Below, in pieces: positions 50,033 to 57,707 of a stretch of 57,707 nt of DNA. Source of the stretch: Chiloscyllium plagiosum (taxonomy: Eukaryota); the NCBI RefSeq assembly GCF_004010195.1, contig NC_057749.1, positions 6,501,327 through 6,559,033 on the forward strand, read 5' to 3'. Numbering within the stretch: position 1 is the stretch's first letter; each line of letters opens with the position of its first letter. The notes below the pieces were generated by a model, which was not told where the DNA came from, made no database searches, and was given only the letters and a program-made list of their open reading frames with translations. The position numbers and the translations under genes are program-made.

Positions 50033-50321
50033 CAGCACGGTAGCTCAGTGGTTAGCACTGCTGCCTCACAGCATCAGGGTCCCAGTTTTGATTCCACCCT
50101 CAGGCGACTGTCTGTGTGGAGTTTGCACATTCTCCCCGTGTCTGCGTGGGTTTCCTCCCACAGTCCAGAAATGTGCAAGTCAGGTGAATTGGCCATGCTA
50201 AATTGTCTATGGTGTTAGGTGCATTCTACAGAGGGAAATGGGTCTGGGCAAGTTACTCTTCGGAGGGTCGGTGTGGACTTGTTGGGTCGAAGAGCCTGTT
50301 TCCATACTGGAGGGAATCTAA
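50033..50321 (+). mobile_element. HE1-type V-SINE
   Basis: Head, V-domain and tail. Confidence 0.9.
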
Positions 50322-51218
50322 ACAAAGTCAGGAAAATTCATGACTCCTTGAATTCAGTTTGGTTAAAAAAAAAGGTTAAAAAAAGGGCCAGATTTTTATT
50401 TCGAGGTAGTTGGAAGGGTGGGTTAGATGGAGTTGGACCTACTGTCCCTTGGAAATGGTGCTCAGACAACAGAGAGGACTGACAAAGGTCAAGACAGACA
50501 CTTTATATAAGGCCCTTCTTTCTGCCCTGGAACTTTATCCCGTTATATTAAAAACAGACTGAACTTCCAACCCTCATTCCTGTCCTCCACTCACACACAC
50601 TCCAGTGTTACAGACCAGCATCTCTCTCCATATGCTGAGCTTTTCCAGCAATTTCTACTTTTATTTCTGACTTACAGCATCCACAGTTCTTTCAGTTTGA
50701 TGGTTTCACAGATCTTATCCACCTTTATGTATATTTGTGTCTACTTCTAACAATTCCTTCATATTTGTAAAACTCATTAGTTATGTTTCAGACTCCTAAG
50801 AAAAATAAGTTGCTTCTGATAGAAGCATTTTAAATGTGGGGCCACTCCTGTGAAATACACCTGACCCCCTGTACCACTGACCAAAATGGAAGCCACTTAG
50901 GGTTCAGGTTTGGGATTTCAGTATCGATGCACCTGGGCAATTTTGGTGAAGTCATAAAGTTTCTCTGTCTCCAGTGAAAATTCAGACCAAATAATCAACA
51001 TTTCAAAAAGTGGGAACATAACAGCATAAAATAGACAGGCATATTCTCGAGGCAACATAGAAGTGATGGATGAAATGGTAAACTGGATTATTGAGTCAAA
51101 ATTAAAATTGCAAACCAATACCCCATTCCTACATTACAGGGACTGATGTATGCATAGATTTAATGATTTACATGAGCACCCAACCCAGGTAAGGACTGTG
51201 ACTATGACAGTTTGTTTC

Positions 51219-51545
51219 ATAGAATCCCTACAGTGCAGAAGCAGGCCATTTAGCCCATCGAGTCCACACCAACCCTCTGAAGTGTATCTCACTCAGACGC
51301 TCCCGATACCCCTACCCTCCATGTCGAATCCACCCAGCCTGAACATCCTTGGGCACTATGGGCAATTTAGCTTGGCCAGTCCACCTAACCCGCATGTCTT
51401 TGGACTGTGGGAGGAAGTGGGTTCATTTAGGTGGAAACCCAAGCAGACATGGGGAGAACGTGCAAACTCCACACAGACAGTTGCCCGAGGGTGGACTCGA
51501 ACCTGGCTCCTTGGCACTGTGAGTGCTAACTACTGAACCACCGTA
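51219..51545 (-). mobile_element. HE1-type V-SINE
   Basis: V-domain and tail on the - strand. Confidence 0.88.
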
Positions 51546-52157
51546 CTTATCTTAATATCTTTTCCTTTGAGTATCTTTTGGTGTTGAATTTATTCAAGGG
51601 TCGCCATGATTGCTGTGGGCTTAGGAGTGTTTGTAGTCACTTACCTGTCCATTTAGAGCTAAAAATGACATTTGTTAATCATTTATTAATATTTCAAACA
51701 TGTGTCTCCATCCCACTGATTGCTCAGCTGTCTGGTCTGGCGCAAAATGTTGGCCTTTAAACTTCAATGTGGATGGCTGCCAGCGCAGGCTGTTGCCTTC
51801 TCTACCCCAATGAAGCCACCTGAGAATAAGCCATTGTTCCTGCCCCTGGTGACATCTGCTCTTTATTGAAGGGTCCCTGGACACAATGATTGCAAGCTTT
51901 GCAGATGTCAACCCCCCGATCCCATGATGCATTGTGAGCAGCTGACTGCTCCACCTCAGCTTTCCCCACCGAAACAGATGGGAAGCAAGCAACTGATCTG
52001 AAGCAACACATCCGATATCCAGGCAGCGAGTTCTTGCTGCTAACATGGTTACTTTAAATGTTTTGAAGCATTTATCTTTCAATATTGTCTTTTTTCTTAC
52101 ATTCATAGTTCTTACAGGGCACAACTGATTTTTTTTTTCCCTTCTTTTCAATGACAG

Positions 52158-52316
52158 AGAAGGTTGTTGAGAGATCATCGGTTGTCAAGGAGATTTCACA
52201 GTGCAGGCGATTGTTCGCAGGCCCTTTTTCTTCACTTATTACCAGCCCCCTCTGGCAGAATGGAGGACCGAGGCCTAGTCAGAACACAGACTTGTCTCTG
52301 AATTTCAGCGCAAATG
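52158..52316 (+). CDS. Candidate internal exon (159 bp, phase 1-1): KVVERSSVVKEISQCRRLFAGPFSSLITSPLWQNGGPRPSQNTDLSLNFSAN
   Basis: CTGAT branch motif, long pyrimidine tract and gacag acceptor; donor aatg|GTGAGT; length divisible by 3; open in the phase-1 frame; non-repetitive. Confidence 0.6.
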
Positions 52317-52689
52317 GTGAGTGAGCCTCATCGTTTTACTCACTGCTCTTGCACTTCCTTTGAACTTTCAAATGTCGAAATGGGGTTTTTCACTACGTTT
52401 TCGATGCCCCGAACAACCCATTCGTCAAATTCATTCTGTGTGCGAAAGGACATTGAAAATGTGAAATTATCAATAAGTGGCCAACCTCCACAGTTATTAA
52501 TTGTCTTTTATAACAAATATATTTTGTGTCTATGTGCGACGTCAGCTACTTCTTTTCTGATATAGGATATTTTCTGCATGGTAATTGTTGATGTCTGTTT
52601 TATAGAAAGGTGAAGTTGCCATTGTTTCACCAGACCATACAGCTGATCTCATGAGAAAGAATGAGACGGCAGGTGGTGGTTTAACTGCG

Positions 52690-53100
52690 ACCAAAGATGT
52701 GTCAGTTAGGTAGATTTGCCATGCTAAATTACCCCTTAATCTCCAGGAATGTGTGGGTTAGGTAGATTGGCCATTCTAAATTTCCCCTTTGTCTCCAGGG
52801 ATGTGTAGGTTAGGTAGGTTGGCCATGTTAAATTGCCCCATAGTGCCCAGGGACGTGTAAATTAGATGGATTGGCCATGCTAAATTGCCCCATAGTGTCC
52901 AGGAATGGAAAGGTTAGGTGGATTGGCCATGCTAAATTACCCATATTGCCCAGGGATGTGTACGTTAGGTGGGCTAGCCCTGGGAAATGCAAGGTAACAA
53001 GGATAGGTTCGAGGATTGGGTCTGGGTGGGATGCTGTTTGGAGGGCTGGTGTGGAGACGATGGGCTGACTGGCCTGCTTCCACACTGTAGGGATTCTATA
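52690..53100 (+). mobile_element. 5'-truncated HE1 SINE with five ~52-bp internal tandem units, nested in a family-C SINE
   Basis: gttaggtggattggccatgctaaattgccc-like unit at ~52706, 52757, 52809, 52861 and 52913. Confidence 0.88.
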
Positions 53101-53404
53101 ACCTGAGGATCTCCATGACACAGGTGAGAGGAAAGGTTCAGAATGCAGGACCTTAGTGATAACTTCAGCCAAAGTGGGAATTGAACCTGTTCGATTGGCA
53201 ACACTCTGCATAAAACATTAGCCATCCAGCCAACTGAGCTAACCGATCCTTTACCTTGCTTCATCCCACATGCCTGCTCCACCATTTAATATGATCAGAT
53301 CTGAATGAATGTTTCAATATCGTTTATCAACATTATCCCCATAACCTTTTACGCTGTTGGTAATCAGAAATCTATGAAACTTTCTTTTATATTCAAGTTC
53401 TCTC

Positions 53405-54020
53405 AAAATAAATTAAAAGCAGGGATATACTTCTGAGGCTGTATGAGGCTCTGGTCAGGGTACTTTTGGATATTGTGTGCAGTTTTGGGCCCCATATCTC
53501 AGGAAGGATGTACTGACCCTGGAGCGTGTTCAGAAGAGGTTCATGAGAATGGTCCCAGGAATGAAAATCTTAATGTGTGAGGAAAGTTTGAGGACTTTGG
53601 GTCTGTATTCGATGGAGTTTAGAAGGATGAGGAGGGATCTAATAGAAACATACAGAATACCGAATAGCCCGGACAGAGTGGATGTTGGGAAGATGTTTCA
53701 TTGGTAGGAGAGACTAGGATCCAAGGGCACAGCCTTAGAGTAAAGGGAAGACCTTTTAAAACAGAGATAAGGAGAAACTTATTTAGCCAGAGAGTGGCAA
53801 ATCTACGGAATTCATTGCCACAGTGGGCTGTGGAGGCCAGGTCATTGAATATATTTAATACTGAGATAGATAGGTTTGTAATTGTCAAGTGATCAAGGGT
53901 TATGGGGAGAAAACAGGAGAATGGGGTTGAGAAACTCACCAACCTTGATTGAATGGCAGAGCAGACCCGATGGACCAAATGGCCTAATTTCTGCCCCTAT
54001 GTTTAATGGTCTTATGGTCT
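53405..54020 (+). mobile_element. CR1 3' fragment
   Basis: QFWAPYLRKDVLTLERVQKRF...FSQRVANLRNSLPQ. Confidence 0.92.
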
Positions 54021-54867
54021 AAAAATACTGAAAGACTAAACTTTTGCTTCTAAGCTGGAGATTTCCAAGGATTCACAAGCCTCTGAATAAAAATGGTTCT
54101 CTTTGTGTCAGTGGCATCCACCTTATTTTTAAATTGTGCTCCCTGGTTTGAGACTCCTCAATGAGAGCAAACACTTCACCAGCACCTACCCTGACTATTT
54201 ATTACATTTTTTTTAGGTTTCAATGAGATCACTTCTCATTCTACAACCCTCCAGAGAATATAGACCCAGTTTATCCAATCTCTCTTCATAGGCCAGTCAC
54301 CCCATCCTGGGATTGACTCCAGTGAACCTTTGATGCAGTCCCTCATATATAACATGCATATATAGTGTAACTTGCACCTGGTTGCTATCACACAATCAAT
54401 GACACCTTACTTAAGGGAAGAGCTTCTTCTCATTGGGTGACCAGGTAATTTTCCCGAACTGCACTAGATAAAGCAGGCCCTGTAGGTCCCATGTAAGTGG
54501 AGGATGTGCTAGTGAATCTACTCGATGGCGACTAGGAGTTCAGTCAGCACACACACAACATGATGTCAATGGTGGTTGCCTGAAGATTGAAATCCAGAGG
54601 CTTGACTTCAGCCCACGCAAAGTGTTTGTGAGGCCCCTCCCACTAGATGCCATCTGTTCCACTTCAGAGAGGGACAGGACTGGGCACTGTCTGGACTTTG
54701 GTGCTGGTGCAGGGCAGAGACTCAGAAATAGGGGAAGGGGAGAGCTTGTGACCCCAACAATTGTTTCTATGAGCCCAAAAAGGGGTTTGGGGGGCGGGGG
54801 GGGGGGGTCAGCTTTTGTTTTGGTAAACACTAGACTTGCTTTTAAATTTTACTTTTGTGGCAACCCC

Positions 54868-55215
54868 CTTAGAATCCCTACAGTGTGCAAACAGGCCATT
54901 TGGCCCAACAAGTCCACCTGACCCTCTGAAAAGTATCCCACCCAGACCCTTCCCCTACCCTATTACTCCGAATTTCCCCTGACTAATGCATCTTAACCTA
55001 CACATCCCTGGACACCACGGGCAATTTAGCATGGTCAATTCACCTAACCTGCACATCTTTGGACTGTGGGAGGAAACCAGAGTACTTAGGAGGAAACACA
55101 TGCAGACACGGGGAGAATGTGCAAACTCCACGCAGCCAGTTGCCTGAGGCTGGAATTGAACCTGGTTCCCTGGCGCTGTGAGGCAGCAGTGCTGCCCACT
55201 GAGCCACTGTGCCCT
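54868..55215 (-). mobile_element. HE1-type V-SINE
   Basis: Complete copy on the - strand. Confidence 0.92.
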
Positions 55216-56075
55216 TTTTCTTTGGGAATTTCGAGGTCCCATATCAATAATGGCGTGTCATAGGTATTAATTCTTTAATTCTTGCAAAGTTACAGGTTAT
55301 ATTTCCTATTATCTGTGTTTACTTCCTTCTCGTGAAATTTTTCAAGCATGCTTAATACATTAAATTCCTCTCTGCAGTATTTAACTATACTTGTAATATT
55401 CTAAAATAAAACCTGTACTGCATCCTGGGAGGAGAATGAGCTAAGCAATGAGCTAGAGGTGGTGCCTGAACAAATTGGTATTGAAGTTTGTTATTTTACA
55501 GCTATTTTCTAATATTAAATTCATTATATTTTCTATTACTAATCTTATTATTTTTTCTAATATAAATGAGTTTCTCCATTTGATACGTGAAAATAATAAT
55601 GACTGCAGAAGACAATAAAAGCAAAACAGTGTTAAAGCAGCAATGTCACACTCATTATATAGGAACCTTCATCTCTTATAGAGAACTTATAAAAGAAAAA
55701 GATTAAGTCACCATAGTCTTAGAGGATAAGGCTGCTCTATCATTAGAGGGAGATGGCTGGTGGTGGGTTAATCTGAGAGTCACCATCTCAGGCGAGGGAA
55801 GAGGTTGAGAAGGAGAGTTCTTTGTGGTACCCTCAGCCATTGTGGGAATTGGACTCCTGCTGTAGGCATCACAAACCAGCCATCCAATACAAAAAAGTAG
55901 CCTTGCATTTCAACCATGGGTTTCATGACCTGAGGACATCCTAAAGTGCTTACAGCCAATTCATTACATTTGAAGGAGAGGAGGCCTGAGGTGAAATTCC
56001 ACCTACTCCCCAAAGATGTATCCCACTATCTCCAAACAGGTCGATTAGAAAGCATCTAGAACTGGTGTGAATGGT

Positions 56076-57707
56076 TAGAGTCATAGAGTCATAGAGATAT
56101 ACAGCATGGAAACAGACCCTTTCGTTCAACCCGTCCATGCCGACCAGATATCCCAACCCAATCTAGTCCCACCTGCCAGCACCCGGCCCATGTCCCTCCA
56201 AACCCTTCCTATTCATATACCCATCCAAATGCCTCTTAAATGTTGCAATTGTACCAGCCTCCACCACTTCCTCTGGCAGCTCATTCCATACACGTACCAC
56301 CCTCTGTGTGAAAAATATGCCCCTTAGGTCTCTTTTATATCTTTCCCCTCTCACCCTAAACCTATGCCCTCTTGTTCTGGACTCCCCAAACCCAGGGAAA
56401 AAAACTTTGTCTATTTACCCTAAAATAATCCTTTGTCTATTTACCTTATAATTGCCCCTCATAATCTTGTAAACCTCTATAAGGTCACCCCTCAGCATCT
56501 GACACTCCAGGGAAAACAGCCCCAGCCTGTTGAGCCTCTCTCTATAGCTCAAATCCTCCAACCCTGGCAACATCCTTGTAAATCTTTTCTGAACCCTTTC
56601 AAGTTTCACAACATCTGTCCGATAGGAAGGAGACCAGAATTGCACGCAATATTCCAACAGTGGCCGAACCGCAACATGACCTCCCAACTCCTGTACTCAA
56701 TACTCTGACCACTAAACAAAAGTGTACCAAATGCCTTCTTCACTATCCTATCTACCTGTGACTCCACTTTCAAGAAGCAATGAACCTGCGCTCCAAGTTT
56801 TCTGTGTTCAGCAACACTCTCTAGGACCTTACCTTTGAGTGTATATGTCCTGCTAAGATTTGCTTTTCCAAAATGTAGCACCTCACATTTATCTGAATTA
56901 AACTCCATCTGCCACTTCTCTGCCCATTGGCCCATCTGGTCAAGATACTGTTGTAATCTGAGGTAATCCTCTTCGCTGTCCACTACACCTCCAATTTTGG
57001 TATCGTCTGCAAACTTACTAACTGTAACTCTTATGCTCGCATCCAAACCATTTATGTAAACGATAAAACGTAGAGGACCCAGCACCGATCCTTGTGGCAC
57101 TCCACTGGTCACAGGTCTCCAGTCTGAAAAACTACCCTCCACCACTACCCTCTGTCTTCTACCTTTGAGCGAGTTCTGTATCCAAATGGCTAGTTCTCCC
57201 TGTATTCCGTGAGATCTAACCTTGCTAATCTGTCCCATGGGGAACCTTGTCGAACGTCTTACTGAAATTCATATAGATCACATCTACCGCTCTGCCCTCA
57301 TCAATCCTCTTTGTTACTTCCTCAAAATACTCAATCAAATTTGTGAGACTTGATTTCACATGCACAAAGCCATGTTGACTATCCCTAATCAGTCCTTGCC
57401 TTTCCAAATACATGTCGAACGTCTTACTGAAATTCATATAGATCACATCTACCGCTCTGCCCTCATCAATCCTCTTTGTTACTTCCTCAAAATACTCAAT
57501 CAAATTTGTGAGACTTGATTTCACATGCACAAAGCCATGTTGACTATCCCTAATCAGTCCTTGCCTTTCCAAATACATGTCCATCCTGTCCCTCAGGATT
57601 CCCTCCAACAACTTGCCCACCACCAATGTCAGGCTCATTGGTCTATAGTTCCCTGACTTGTCCTTACCACCCTTCTTAAACAGCGGCACCACGTTAACCA
57701 ACCTCCA
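56076..57707 (-). mobile_element. CR1 (HER1-like) LINE, frameshifted reverse transcriptase region, runs off the window
   Basis: GNYRPMSLT, SQHGFV, SGVPQGSVLGP, SKFADDTK and RGDLIEVYKIM spread over several frames. Confidence 0.96.
57248..57581. repeat. 165-bp tandem duplication inside the CR1 RT
   Basis: Two apparently identical units with tgtc microhomology at 57248, 57413 and 57578. Confidence 0.95.

Noticed and set aside
51800..52030. Possible Harbinger transposase remnant (SHDA-like motif)
   Set aside because: Single weak motif followed by a stop codon
52690..53000. CRISPR-like regular repeats
   Set aside because: The spacers are themselves homologous; this is SINE-internal tandem sequence in a vertebrate genome
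56606..57701. Reverse transcriptase ORFs as a functional gene
   Set aside because: Frameshifted CR1 copy with an internal duplication

Overview
Repeat-dense vertebrate DNA, almost certainly elasmobranch (shark), judged from abundant HE1-type V-SINEs and their HER1/CR1 partner LINEs. Three N-gaps (2313-2411, 8282-8810, 41713-42657) all fall inside young repeats. Most long ORFs are retroelement debris: CR1 ORF1/ORF2, a second LINE family and a decayed Gypsy gag-pol. The window also holds solo LTRs, a Tigger/pogo-like MITE, DeuSINE relics and other tRNA-SINEs. The most striking signal is at least four families of short Penelope-type insertions carrying minimal hammerhead ribozyme motifs (CTGANGA-stem-GAAA-CGTH), often as inverted pairs with 10-16 bp target-site duplications. 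A possible host gene lies on the + strand, unidentified and inferred from splice signals only: a promoter with an MITF/TFE M-box at 23.9 kb, a non-coding exon, an ATG exon at 24952-25023 and a phase-compatible 159-bp exon at 52158-52316. Other structures are a SINE-mediated 1.06-kb tandem duplication with a chimeric SINE at the junction and a four-level nested insertion. Repeat boundaries are read by eye and are approximate unless a TSD is given. Family names come from recalled consensus motifs, not database searches.
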